Origin: the human T2T-CHM13v2.0 reference genome, Homo sapiens
Length of the DNA: 64,000 nucleotides
Reading direction: 5' to 3' (one strand)
Assembly (NCBI RefSeq): GCF_009914755.1
Contig: NC_060927.1
This document shows, in pieces, positions 41,416-54,640 of this stretch. The notes beneath the pieces are model-generated. The model saw nothing but the letters and a program-made list of their open reading frames with translations. It was not told where the DNA came from and did no database searches. A program made the position numbers and the translations under genes. The first letter of the stretch is position 1. Each line of letters opens with the position of its first letter.

Positions 41416-41685
41416 CTTTTTTTTTTAACTTTTATTTTAGGTTTGGGTGTATATGTGCAGGTTTGACAAATATAGGTACACATGTGTCACGGGGTTGTTG
41501 TACATATTATGTCATCACCCAGGTATTAAGCCAAGTACCCAACAGTCATCTGTCCTGATCTTCTACCTCCTCCCACCCTCCACCCTCAAGTAGACTTCAA
41601 TGTCTATTGTTTCCTTCTTTGTGTTCATAAGACACCAAAAGCAATCACAACAAAAGCAAAAGTTGACAAGTGGGATCTAATTAAT
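41416..41685 (-). mobile_element. Short L1PA-family (older) 3' end with an inverted 5' segment
   Basis: tttttaacttttattttaggtttggg...ctcctcccaccctccaccctcaagtag is the antisense 3'UTR; it abuts sense ORF2 agacaccaaaagcaat...gggatctaattaa. Confidence 0.85.
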
Positions 41686-41699
41686 GACTAAATCCATTG

Positions 41700-42510
41700 A
41701 CTGTCTATTCACATGTTTATTAGACTTGTAGATATTATCTTCTTGAAGTGCCTATTCTAATATTTTACCCATTTTTCTATAAGATGTTCTGTCTTTTTCT
41801 TATTTAGCTGCAAGAGTTCTTTACATATCTTGGACACAAGTCCTTTGTCAAATTATTTAATTGTAATATTTTATCTCACTTGTGAGTTGCCACCTCATTC
41901 TCCTGGTGGTAGCTTTTGGTGAAGAAATGTTCTTAACTTTCACAGTCTAAATTGATACAACTACTTTGGAAAAGTCAAACATATGTATACTTCTAGGAAT
42001 ATATTCAAGTAAAATGCATCCATAGAATGTTTATAGCTGGACTACTGGTAATAGTAAAAATCTTAAAAACTAAAAATTCTATCATCAATAGGCTGTATAA
42101 ATAAATTGTGGTATAGTCCCACAGTGAAGTATTATGCATCAATGAGAAAGAATATTCTAATATTACACTTAAAAATGTAGATGAATCTCACAAACAAGCT
42201 GTGGAGCAGAAGAAGCTACAGAAAAGGGCATATTTATTATTCAACTCAATTATGAACAAAAACAGGCAATATTGACCTATGCTGTTGGATGTCAGGATAC
42301 TGGTCATCCTTGGGTTATGGGGCTAGTGACTGGAGGGGGCCCAAGGAGGCTTCAGGAAACTGAATCTGGCAATACTTTGCCCATTCTGGCAATACTCTGT
42401 TTCTTGATTTGGATGCTGGATGTTCATTTTATTATAATAATTGAGTATTGTTATGTGTTGTATCTATCAGTATGCATGCATTATACTACAATAATACATG
42501 TAAAAAACAT
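41700..42510. mobile_element. L1ME fragments (- then +)
   Basis: tgaagtgcctattc and agttctttacatatcttggacacaagtcctttgtca; then aaataaattgtggtata and gatgaatctcacaaac. Confidence 0.7.
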
Positions 42511-42829
42511 GCTTCCAAACACCGGATTTCATTTGAGCCTCATAACAACCTTTGAAGCTGCTGATGCAGGGGACATTATCATCCTTTTAAAGACTAAAAA
42601 TATGAAGCTTTGAAAATTCAATTCAATCTAACAGTTTTTTTTAAGACACCTAATATATACCAAGAAAAGAGAGCACACCAGGTAATAATATGTAAATGGC
42701 CCTGACACTTCAAAAAATGAAATAATTTACTCCTTGAGCACATAGCTAAAAGGATGGTAGCACTTTGGAGACAGAAGGGATCTGAGACATGACCACCACT
42801 ATCATTTTCTAGATGAGGGTGAGGCCGAG

Positions 42830-43045
42830 AGCTTGGGCTTTGCAGGGACAATGATTCAGGCTGGATTTCTAGTTTAAACACTTGATCACTGAGTGACTCT
42901 AGACAAGTTACCTAGCCTCTCTGTGTCTCTGTTCCATCATCTGAAATATAGTGTTAAAATATCTACCTCAAAGCATGGCACAAAGGGTAAATTTTAAGAG
43001 TCTTGGAGCATACCCTAGCACTCCATCCAACAACTAGTAGTTACC
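42830..43045 (+). mobile_element. MIR
   Basis: gacaagttacctagcctctctgtgtctctgttccatcatctgaaa. Confidence 0.75.
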
Positions 43046-44249
43046 ATATAAATTCATATCCCTTCCCTTCGGGTGATTCAGGGTGAATGACTCAAGGTCC
43101 AGCACCCTCTTGCGCATGCCTTTCTGATTTTCTATGTACAAACATGATGTAAAGTGTTAGGTACACTGGAGGTGTGAGGGACACGCTGCACAAGCCCTGT
43201 CCGCTTTCCAGGGAATCTGCCTGTGGAGTTCCTGTGTTTCATAACCCATGGGTCTGGAGATCCTCTGGCCCAGCAGGGTAGCAGAAGCTCTCCCCGGTGT
43301 TGACGGCATGGCTGTGAGAGCACAGATGAGTAATCCTTTCTGGGAGGAAAGCAGATACAACAGCCTGGAAAGCACACATTCAGGGAGGCTGAGTAGGGCA
43401 ATGAGCTTAGATGAGCAAGGACCACCATCCTGGGTATGTGATGCAAAGCCTCAGGAATGTGTCCGAATTCAATCCAGCGGTCGTCCTTATGCTCTGCAGC
43501 CCTCTGAGCCCTGGCAGCTGTCCTTGTGACTGAGGCATGACACTCAGACCTTTGCTGACACTGTCCTTCCTTCTTGTCTTTCACCCACGGCTGATCCTGT
43601 TTTCCACATACACACTCATGGCACGTAAGTCTATGGAACTGCTTGGGGGGAAATCTTCTCCTCCAGGATCCTCGTCTCAGGACTGCAATCTCCCACTTGT
43701 TCAGGAGATTGATAGGAACGCTTAATCAGGGAAGCACTGCCTGCTTCTCTGCAGGGGTCCTTCCCTGCACCAGCCATTTTCCCATACTTTAAAGGAGGGC
43801 TAGATGCTTCAGAACATATTCTCCACTAATGAGAAAGCTCTTTATATCTTATAAAGCACATCCATATTCAGCACTTAATTTGTTCCTCAAGATGACCCTC
43901 TGGAGGAGGCAAGAAATGATATTATTTTCTTTTCACTGATTAGGAAAATGACGTTCACAGTGGTCTGCATTGTCCAAGGCTATGTGACAAAGTAAGTGGC
44001 TGTCAAAATAACTCAAGCTTACTGAAAATGAGCATGTTGCCTTTCACTATGCTGGTTCCCTACTCCACAGGTGACTTCTATGGCTACTACTACTTAGCAA
44101 TCTCTTCTTCCCTAATTAGCAAAAAGAACTCTTTTCTGTACTTACTCTATTCTATGAAATTGAAGAGAGGGAGTACACAAGTCAAATGAACAATCTGACA
44201 TAGCTTTGAGAATCAGTTTCAGTGTCATCTCTGGGAAGCTACATCTAGT

Positions 44250-44462
44250 ATCCTCAACCCAAAACTCCCCCTCTGCTTTTTGTTTCCGTAGCATCCTGTG
44301 TATACATTTACATTGTATGTAAATAATCTATTTGTGCATTTGTCCTTTTCCCTTAGATGTAAGGCCATTGAGTTCAAGGACCATGTCTTACTCATTCTTG
44401 TATTTTCTGGTACCTGAACATGGTAAACACAAGTGTTTGATCGAATGGCTGATTGAATAAGC
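44250..44462 (+). mobile_element. L2 3' end
   Basis: tagatgtaaggccattgagttcaaggaccatgtcttactcattcttgta...tgattgaat. Confidence 0.7.
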
Positions 44463-45327
44463 AATGCAGTCAACAGTATTAAGAGTAAAGTGGTATCTAA
44501 AGGCAATGCACATTGATTGTCATTTTACTGAGGAGAACTCTGATCTTACAGAGTGAAGAGGACATATTTAAGGTCAGAAAAAATAAGACCCAGGAGCAGA
44601 ATTACTCAAGTTCTCTGTCCTTCCAAATTACCCTGTTCTGTAACCTGTAAACATAATAAAGCATGTCCCAAACTACATTGCTGCAGGAGATCTACTCCTC
44701 CAGAAGTACTTCCGAACATTTCTTGGAAATGTTTACAGGTTCTGATTATCCAGACTATGAGTAAAGTCTGCTTTTTGGTCCACCTTCTGTGGTTCCATGG
44801 CCACTTTGATCAGCTACTTGTTCTCTCCCCTTAGGGATTCCTCTAATCATGGACGTGGCCCTTCTGCCATTCCCCAAATGTTGAACACAAGGTTCAAAAA
44901 CATTTACCAAGTACAAGAAGATAGCAAAAGAAAATTGGAAAGCCAGAATGGGAAAACTGAATATTGGATATTAGACAACAATGCTTCCTGGAGCCCACCT
45001 GCAAATCACATCAGGAGAGGGTTAGGGCTGCCTGTGTCTCTCTGCGGCTCCTGCCTTCCCACACTGTTAGTGCCTGCTCTTCAGAGGCACACCTGTCAGA
45101 TCTTTTCCCTGAGGATTAGCCTGATACCCCCAACTCTGATCTTCAGTACTGCAAGCAGAGACCTAAAAGAAACTTTTAATATAGAAAGGGAAAATCTTAG
45201 GAAGGTGGATTTCACTCCCCACTTGCATGACTCATTAAGCAAAATCTGTCAAGGCAGGTCTGGGGACTTTGCATTGACATTTCTTCACCAGTATTGGCTC
45301 CCCAAAGGTCAAAGAGTAGGTGCTTAC

Positions 45328-45416
45328 CTGTGCATAGCCAGAACATTCCAAAGAGTGAACTCGCCCAGAAGTGAGAGTGGTATGCCTCAAAGAAAAATTC
45401 TTACTTCCTTATTTAA
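45328..45416 (-). other. Candidate 89 nt non-coding internal exon
   Basis: Minus-strand acceptor ttttttttttccctgtag| and donor CAG|gtaagc; stop codons in all three frames. Confidence 0.35.
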
Positions 45417-47494
45417 CTACAGGGAAAAAAAAAATCACAGTAAGCTTAGAACATACCCATTTTGTTCCAGTTTCAGTAAATCAAATATTCAAATATTCAG
45501 CCTTAGAGCAGTTTTTTCAAAACTTGGGGACTACCTGACTAAGTACAGATAGCCAATGGCAAATATTTGTCATCTGTGTGTATTATTAATAATAATTAAT
45601 ATTTATTGAGTGAGTACTATATGCCAGTGATGGTGCTTAGCACTTTACATGCATTCTCTTCTTTAATCCTCAGAAAAGTTTATGGAAAGGCACAATGACG
45701 CATTCAGGGTGTGGTTTAGGGTGCGGCTGGCTTGGCACCCAAATCCTACCATTTATTTTTCCTCTTCTCTGGAGTTCCCAGCCAAAAAGCATATTCACCA
45801 AAGAATCAGCAGCCATATGGGTAAGTAAGTGCTGATGTTTTTAATGTCTCTTATGAAATAGGATTAGAGAAGAATGCTGAAGTTTAGGAGAGTGAAGTCT
45901 TTGTAGGAGAAGCAGACCTGGTGCTACCCGCGCCTCAGCCTTCAGCTTGACTAGAGGCTGGAACAAATCACAGTGTTGTCTGCTTCCTAAAGCGGAACCA
46001 ATAATGGGGGAAAGGGTCTTGAAATGTGACTTTAAGATATTGCCACTATGCCCAGTGAACTCAGGTTCTGGCTAATAGATGAACCTAGGAAGGATCCAGT
46101 GAGGTAGGATGGACAGAGGAGTATGACATAAGGAAGGAAGTGAAGTGAAGTTGTTGCTCCCTATGGGTCAAAGAAAATTAGTGAATACAGAGGCACACAA
46201 GCATTGTCTTTTCCATTTTACAAGGGAGATAATAAAAGCCTAATGAAGTTAAATACTTTTCCCACTGTCACAAGGCTAGAAACTGGTCTTCAAAGGCAAG
46301 CTCTCAGGCTTCAAATACTTAACTCTTAACAGTTGCCTAATAACACCACCTCTAATCCTTCACTCTTGCTATACCCTAATATACAGAAATTCAACTTTTT
46401 CAACATTCTCCCCCATTATTTTAAGAAAACTCCAAAGGATATCTCTCATTTGTGTTCATGAACTTGGCTTGCCTTCATCACATCACGCCTGTCACTGCTT
46501 TGCTTTTCTGCTCCAGCGGGTTTTGGGATCTTATTACTGGTGAAGCTGCTAAAATATTCCTTTCAGCAGTCTCTGGAGACCTATTGGGCTACACCTCACG
46601 CCTCCAGGGATCCAAGGAGTCTCAGAATCTGGAGTCGTCTTGTACTGCATTCATGCTGGCTTCGATGCAGAGATAGGGAGAAGTCTATCTCTTACTATTT
46701 CTTTAACATGGACGCCCAGGAAAGTGCCATGGTGTCCTTGAGCATTTTAGATAAATCTGTTCCTTCAGTTTCTGCTTGCAGAATCAGATGCTGCCTGCAG
46801 GACCGGTCAAGATGACCATGACTAAGCAGTGAGCTATTCAGCCATCCCCTTCCATTTTGGTTTGTGATGTCCTGTATCAAATGCCCTTGTAATTTATTTC
46901 TTGTGCCTACCCCCAAATTTCTAAGATTTTCTAGGATGTTCTTGAATCCCAAGGACAGATCAGCTTTAATTGAACCATGGAAACTTTGAAGTATTAAAAA
47001 TTGTTTCATTAATCTTTTACACAGAGCTAACACATCCCTCAGTATTAGTATGCAAGAAAGGGGAAAATATATGCGCAGGGACCACATTGTCATGGTCTAC
47101 AAGTGCTGCCAGCTTTCCTATACACCACACCATGGGAACACCTAAAAGGAACCCCTGGAATAGACTTGGATATTTACTGAGAATTGGACTTCTGACTTAC
47201 CAGATTCTCCTGCTGCTCATTTCTCTCTGCTCTTTAATCACCTGGCTTTGTCCTCTGTCCTCATAATGCCAACTTGTTCAGGTTGCCTTACTGGGTAGAT
47301 ATCCCTGTATCCCAAACACACACAGCCAACTCTCACCTCTGTTGTTACACATACTTCTGAATTAGAGACCCTTTCCATCAGGTTTGGGTTCATGGAATAG
47401 AATTAACCCCTCAGTTCTCAAGCAGAGAAAATAATATTATACACTTCTGGTATCTGCATATCCAAGTTTCTAGCTGTATGCCCATCTAAAAACA

Positions 47495-47900
47495 AACATA
47501 CATGGAGTAATATTCAGCCATAAAAATAAAAGAAATAATGGCATTCGTAGCAACCTGGATGGAATTGGAGACCATTATTCTAGTGAATTAACTCCAGAAT
47601 GAAAAACCAAACGTCATATATTCTCACTCATAAGTGGGAGCTAAGCTATGAGGATGCAAAAGCATAAGAATGATACAATAGACTTTGGGGAGGGGGAGTG
47701 CGAGGGAGATGAGGGATGGAAGAATAGAAATTGGGTACAGTGTATACTGCTTGGGTGACGGGTGCACTAAAATCTCACAAATCACCACTAAAGAACTTAT
47801 GCATGTAACCAAGCACCCACTGTTCCCCAATAACCTATGGACATTTTAAAAAGAATTAAGTTAAAAAATAAAGACAAACAAAAACAACCAACAATCAAAA
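47495..47900 (+). mobile_element. L1PB1-like 3' end
   Basis: gtgggagctaagctatgaggatgcaaaagcataagaatgatacaat, atcaccactaaagaactta, A-rich tail. Confidence 0.9.
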
Positions 47901-48852
47901 AACAAAATCAACGATTAGGTTTCTAGGATATCATAGCATCATGACTTAAAGCCTTATTGAATAATTCTTTTCAAACCTATCTTGCTAAACACCTGAGCTA
48001 TACAAGCTCTCGCCATGGAGGTGATTGTGAGCCCATAGAGCTGGATAAGACCCAGTACTTTGAAGAGAACTAATGGGAAAATACAAAATGCATGTAGAGA
48101 ATTCTCCTAAAAATGATTTATTTTGATACTTCATATGTAACAATAATGTGAATAATTATAATTGAAGGCAGTATGATATAAGGGCCATTAAAAGATATGG
48201 GCAAGTTGTTATTCCAGCTGAGGCAATAAGGAAGCATCTGGGAAATTTTGATTACATTTTGATATATGACAAGTGAAGAATGGTTTCGTTACAAAGGGAA
48301 AAACGGTAGGACTCAAGTCTTTGCAAGTGGCAAGTTGAATTTGATGTTGTTTGACCTGAATGTCAAACATAGGCACACATTCAGGGGATACAAATAGTGA
48401 GCCTGGTTGCTCACGTCAAAAATTTCAAACTGTATTTCATAGGCAGTGAAAAATTTTTGAAGAGTTCTGATTCTGGGAGCACTGTGATTAGAAAGTGACT
48501 TAAGAACCTATCAGCAATATAAATGATTGAACTGGAGACAGGCAAGAAAAGAGACAAGGAAGGCAGCTGGAATTCTCTTTGACCAGCCTAGAGGCGAGGT
48601 GGGCATGTACAATCCTTGGGGCCTACGTCTTTATAATTAGTAGTATCTATTTCTTGTTTACTTCTTATACAATTCATTGTATCTTATTGCAGAAAGTTGG
48701 AAAAATACTGAAGAAAAAAATTAATCCACAATTCTTTATTTAGGAACACAGTGGTTTATTTTTTTTCTATTTACATTCTTGCTTTTTTCTGTATAATTTT
48801 GTGTGTGAATTCATATTTTTGCAGAGTTGAGATCATAATGCACATTTAGTAG

Positions 48853-49183
<331 letters not shown>

Positions 49184-52089
49184 AGTATTGGGTTTTAGAC
49201 CATGTCATATCACATGCATTTTCCATGCATGCTAATAAATCGCTTTAATCTTTCAGAAAAATGATAGAAAATTGAATATAAACTTTTATTTTTTCTTAAA
49301 ATTTAAAAAATATTATTTTTTCTTATAATAGTAAATTATGTTTTCTAAAATTGAAAATATTAAGGCACAAGGAAGAAAACAAAATTAGGCTATAAGGCCA
49401 TAATTTGGAGATAAACACTGATGAGTATCCTTCAAGCATATTTTATACATAAAAATACATTTAGAAATTAGAATAACATGGTATAACATGGTTTAAAACC
49501 TTTTCGTTTTTGCTTAACAACTAATTGGGAAGTGTTTCTTTTTTTTGCTTGTGATAAAAATCATTTAAAAGTATATTAAGTGTTGCATAATATTACATCA
49601 TATAGATATGTCATCAGTCATTCATGCCTGACTATAATTATTTATTCATGCTTCAAAGCCAAGACTACACTCAAAGACAGCTTATTAATGCTTTCATTAC
49701 AAATCAAGAAAGAAAGTAACCAAGCCTGGAAATGAGTTAGAAAGGCACCAATAAAATGAACTTGAGAAGAGTAGGAAGAAGGATTCAATAAAGATGAAAC
49801 CAAATAGCCATGAATTGAGAAATGGAAAAATGATAAATAAATGTATTTGATGAATAAATGGAGTTGATAACACTGTTATTTGAAACTGCAATAAATTTTG
49901 ATCTTCAGCCTTGGACTATGTGGATTCTTCTTCCAGCTCCACTAACAGCAGTCCTGAGAGAACATACCAGTTGGGCCTAACTTTTGGCCTCACTTTCTTC
50001 ACTCCAACTCAGTGACTTTTTTTTTTTATAAAGAATCCATAAATATGCAATTCATTTAATGGAGTTTAAATAAGTATAAGGAGCTTTTGTAAAATTAGGA
50101 GGTTATTATTTTGACTCAAAATATTTTAGCCTAGATTAAAATACTTCTTGGATAAGTCAGATCTCACATATATGAGAGATATATCTCAAAATCCCAAGGA
50201 CAGGTTTCAAAGTCATAAGCTCTTGTAGAGATTTTGAATTTGGGGAGAGGTCTAAAGCCTCCTTCTTAGATTGTTCTTACAAAGCTTAAAGAAAACAGAT
50301 GAATATTCTTGCTCTACAGAGGAGGCAGCTGAAAGACTGGCTTAGTCAAGATATCATAATGCAAGTTTAATGCCAAATCCCTGCTTTCATATTGCTTCTC
50401 CACTAGTCACTCACTCACTCCATAGACTTAATTGTGTTCATCTCTGTACCTTGGATTTTCTACTGTAACCCTGAGGATGCCGTGCTTCCCAAACACTCTG
50501 AGAGATGAGAAAAGAAATGACCATTTTGAAGAACAGCAACCATTTTTTATGATTTCACTATCAAAAAGTTTATCTGACTTCAAATTCTGTTTTTCAGTTC
50601 TTTGAAAGCCTAGCCAGCCGAATTTATAAGACTAGCTTTGGATAGGACACCAGAAACCAGCAGAATATAGCGCACATTTGAAGACATGAAGGTTGCCCAT
50701 TGGTGTGATATAATTTCTTATCTCTTAATAATTGAAGCTTCATTATATTTCGCCACAACCTAACTTCAATCTTCCTTACTGATATTATTATTTGAGGTCA
50801 GAAACTTTTCTCTGAGGAAAAGCAGTTATGTCCAAGTCTTTCTTATATTTAGTTGCAAAAAAAAAAAGGTAATTTGTTCTTCGTTCACTCATTCATTAAT
50901 TTATTCAGTAAATGTAACCACTTGCTTGATCAGGCACTCCATTAGATGCTTTGCAGGATACAAAAACAAAAAAGACATAGTTTCTGCCCTTCGGGCTTTA
51001 ACAATTTTATAAGCAAAGAACTTAATACAAAACAACAACAACAAAAAGAGATAGAGCTATTCAGAGATGGGATTTGTCTGAATTGGGCCTGGGATGCTTT
51101 AGAAAAGTGACAACTCAATTGTACCCTGAAGAATGTGGGATTGTGGGATGGGGAAGGACTCCAATCTGTGGTGAAGCCGACCTTGTCAGCCTTGTTCTAC
51201 TATCCTAGGGGATGGAGTGTTTTACATTCATGTCAAAACTTACAACACCATACAGCCTGTGTTGCAAAAATATTATTTTGGCTCCCAAGTGAGAGATATG
51301 AGGCAGAGACATTATAGAAGCACTTCTGTCTCCACAAAGCAGAAGTGGAAAGGGCTGAGAGAGGACTGATGCTGTGGAGGGGGTGCTGAGAGAGGAGTGA
51401 TGTTGTGGAGGGGAACTGATAGTCTCTGTGTTTAACAATCACTACCAAAAGGAAGCTTTCCTTTCATTCATATCATTTTAGAGATGCGAAGCACAGTTTA
51501 CTGGCATTAATTTGTCTTTATTCATCTTCTCTAAAATAGCTAGCAGGTTCTGTACAAATGATATCTTCTTGGCATGTTAGATGGCAGTGATGCTTTCCAC
51601 AAAAGCCTTAAATTGGGCCGTGCACTTGTATCTCTGTAATAGCCATCCTTGTTGTTATAAACTAAAAATGTGGCACTCATTCCGGAACATGCTCAACCCT
51701 CTGCTTAGCTGTGAGCTCATGCAGGAAAACATCACCACCTATCCACACAGAAGGATTGGAAGTTTATGTTGCTCCAAAACTAGAAGCAAATGAATGTTTG
51801 AGCAATTTAGACAAAATGGTTATTTTTAACTTTGGTATCATTTGAAATTTTTTGAGTCATTTACAGGAAAATTGTTGCAGTTTATTTTAGGAGTAATCAG
51901 CTTTATCACGACTAGGATAACATTTCTGAGTGCAAATTAGTTATTTTTGACATTTGAGCTATGCTCTTTTGTGAGTTTTCTTTTTGTGCCAACCCTAGTA
52001 CTGTGTAGTAGTTTGTGATTGAATTGTCTATATATCTGTGATAACCAAATTTTAAAATTAGGTTAATAAAGATAAACTAGAAATGTTTT

Positions 52090-53020
52090 ATTTATGTAAT
52101 TTGTTTATTCCAACAATAAATGATTATCCGCTCTATTCCAGGCACTGTACTAAATAACAGATTTAGGGTTGGCATGGCCTTTGCCCTTCTGGAACTTACG
52201 TTCTTACAGGAGTCTAAGACAGATACACAAGTATCTCTACTACAGTTCATAATGTTATGGGTGTCTATAAGCAAAATACTGGAGCACAAAAGATAAAATA
52301 TTAATTTCATTAGAAGAATACAAAAAATAAATCAAATGATATAACATTTTAGACAGACTTAAGGAATGAGTGCTGGGATTCAAACAAGTAGAAATCAAAG
52401 AACATTCCAGAATGAAGAAACAACATGTGTAAAGAAGTGAAAGCGTAAAGTGTCTCTGGAAAGGCAGCATAATCAAGTAGAAAGAGCCTGGGGACATACA
52501 CACATATCTGTGCCCTACTCAACCCTCTTACAGGTGACTCTCTTGTAGGCAAGTTACTCAACTTCTCTTGAAAACTGAGATTATGTCTATCTTGATGTGC
52601 TATTTTTTTTACTAAATAAGATAATGAATGTAAAAGCATCTGGCACCTTGAGAAGGCTCAATCAATATAGCCTAACATTATTCTAGAGAAACATGTTTCC
52701 TTGAGGTAGAGTATGGGGTGTGTAAATGGGAGTGTGGAGGGAGCTGAGGTCAGATAAGATTGTACCGAATCATGTGAAAGCAAAGCTAAATCATTAAGAA
52801 TTTATTCTGAAACTAATCAGGAGCTCTTGACTCTTTAAGCAGGTCTGGGACATGGTTAGATTTAGGTTCTAGAGAGATCAACCTGGAACTAGGAGGAGAG
52901 CAGATTGCAGAAGAGTGAAACTAAGCATGGATGGGAAGGCTGTTGTAGTGATCCAGTTTAGAGGGGTTGAAGATTTGAACTCTGCATTGGTTTTGAGCTA
53001 GAAGGAGGGAGTGTATCCAC
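52090..53020 (-). mobile_element. L2 interrupted by a MIR (+, ~52520-52680)
   Basis: ttattccaacaataaatg, ccaggcactgtactaa, tgcccttctggaacttacgttct; resumes with gacatggttagatttagg. Confidence 0.7.
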
Positions 53021-54375
53021 AAGAAATGTAGTGCAAATGCATTAAGCGAGTTGGCAGGGTCTGGGGACTACTAGAATATGCCACTGGAAAATCCTAAATT
53101 ATCTCCCCATGGAACACTGCTGGCTGAAGTACACACAACTTGTATTTTCTTCTGCAGTAGCACAGATGCATCTGCCTATTTGCCCAGCTGCTTGCAGTTG
53201 GAAGAAGCTAAGTCTACATCGAGAGAAACACGGCTATTTTCTGCAGCTAAGTCATTTACAGGCACAAGGGAGTGGAGAAGGAATTTAATTGTGCTATTGT
53301 CTAAATGTTTTGGTGCTAATTGACAGACCTTCTTGGGGAGAAATTGGAATAATCTAGTAGATTCTATACTTATTTTGCAGATCAAGAAACTGAACCCAGA
53401 AATAGGCAAGTGATCTATCTAACAATCAGAGTGTGCAAAGCACTGGATCCGGGACTCAAACTCAGGTTTTTACACTCTCCGCCAATTTCGCTCTAGTGTT
53501 ACTCTCTTTGATAAAATGCCTTCCTGAAGAATGTAAGCAGACGTCACTAACAGCTAAGGAATGAGTATGAATTTTGTCTATCTTCATCAACACAGAGATA
53601 AATACACTATTTAATTTCCCATTTGATGATTAAATGCCAGTTGAAGGTCAATCAAATAGAGCTAAAATATCCTAAAATTCATATGCAAATCAATAGTAAA
53701 AATATTAGTTGATTTATGAGAGTCTACATCCACAGACCTACAGAAGCACATTGCCGTAGTAAAGTCAGGCAAAATGATTTTGTTTTCTTAATTTTGATTA
53801 TAAATTCATGGGGACTTGTTCAAAAAATGATGAGGGTACAAATTAGAATTAGCCCAGGGGTGATTCTACACGAATAGAAAATGTTAATTCTCCAAAATTT
53901 AAGCTATAAGTAGCAACACAAATGTTACTAAAACACTTTAAGATTAAAATCCTCTACCCTTTCCAGTGACTCAGCACTTATCGTTTTTGCTTGGGAACCA
54001 AATATTACACAGACTATAATTCTAAATTATTGATACCTATCTTTCTAAAGGCCATTTGAAAATCGTCTGGATGTTACTTATTGTTCACATTTTACTGACA
54101 TCTTTAAAGCACATTTAGAAACTGTTTTAGAATATCTTGATTGAAATCATTATTATGAATATAATGTCACAGATATTAGACCTGGACATGTTCCTAAATA
54201 TGATGTACTATTTGTGATTCCCAATGTGATGAAATACATATAACGAGGTTATGAGAACTTCTAGTAGGATGGGAAGAATGAATGCAAACCTACTGAGGCC
54301 TCTAGTGTAAAGATAGAGTTATTTATCTTATCCTCAGGGGGCAAAGAATATTTAATGTAGAAGGAAGTTTTACAA

Positions 54376-54640
54376 ATGGGCCAACTTCTAGAAGCAGAGA
54401 GTAGAACTGTGGTTGTCAGAGACTGGGGGATGGAGAAAATGGAGGGGGGGGGATGTTGGTCAGAGGGTACAAACTTTCACTTACCAAATGAACAACTTCT
54501 GGGTATCTCATGTGCAGGTAATGAATATGTTAATTTGATTATCATAATTATTGCATAATATATAGATATATAAAATCATGTTGTACATCTTGAATGTATT
54601 TAACCTTTGTATTCCAATTAAATATTTTATAATGTTAAAA
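54376..54640 (+). mobile_element. L1MA/MB 3'UTR fragment
   Basis: ctagaagcagagagtagaactgtggttgtcagagactgggg, atcatgttgtacatcttgaatgta. Confidence 0.8.

Noticed and set aside
43132-43725. Overlapping 60-150 aa ORFs, one with a hydrophobic signal-like N-terminus
   Set aside because: Explained by higher GC and a pyrimidine tract; no recognisable homology.
50580-50700. Acceptor ttctgtttttcAG and a putative coding exon
   Set aside because: Stops in all three frames and only a weak donor.
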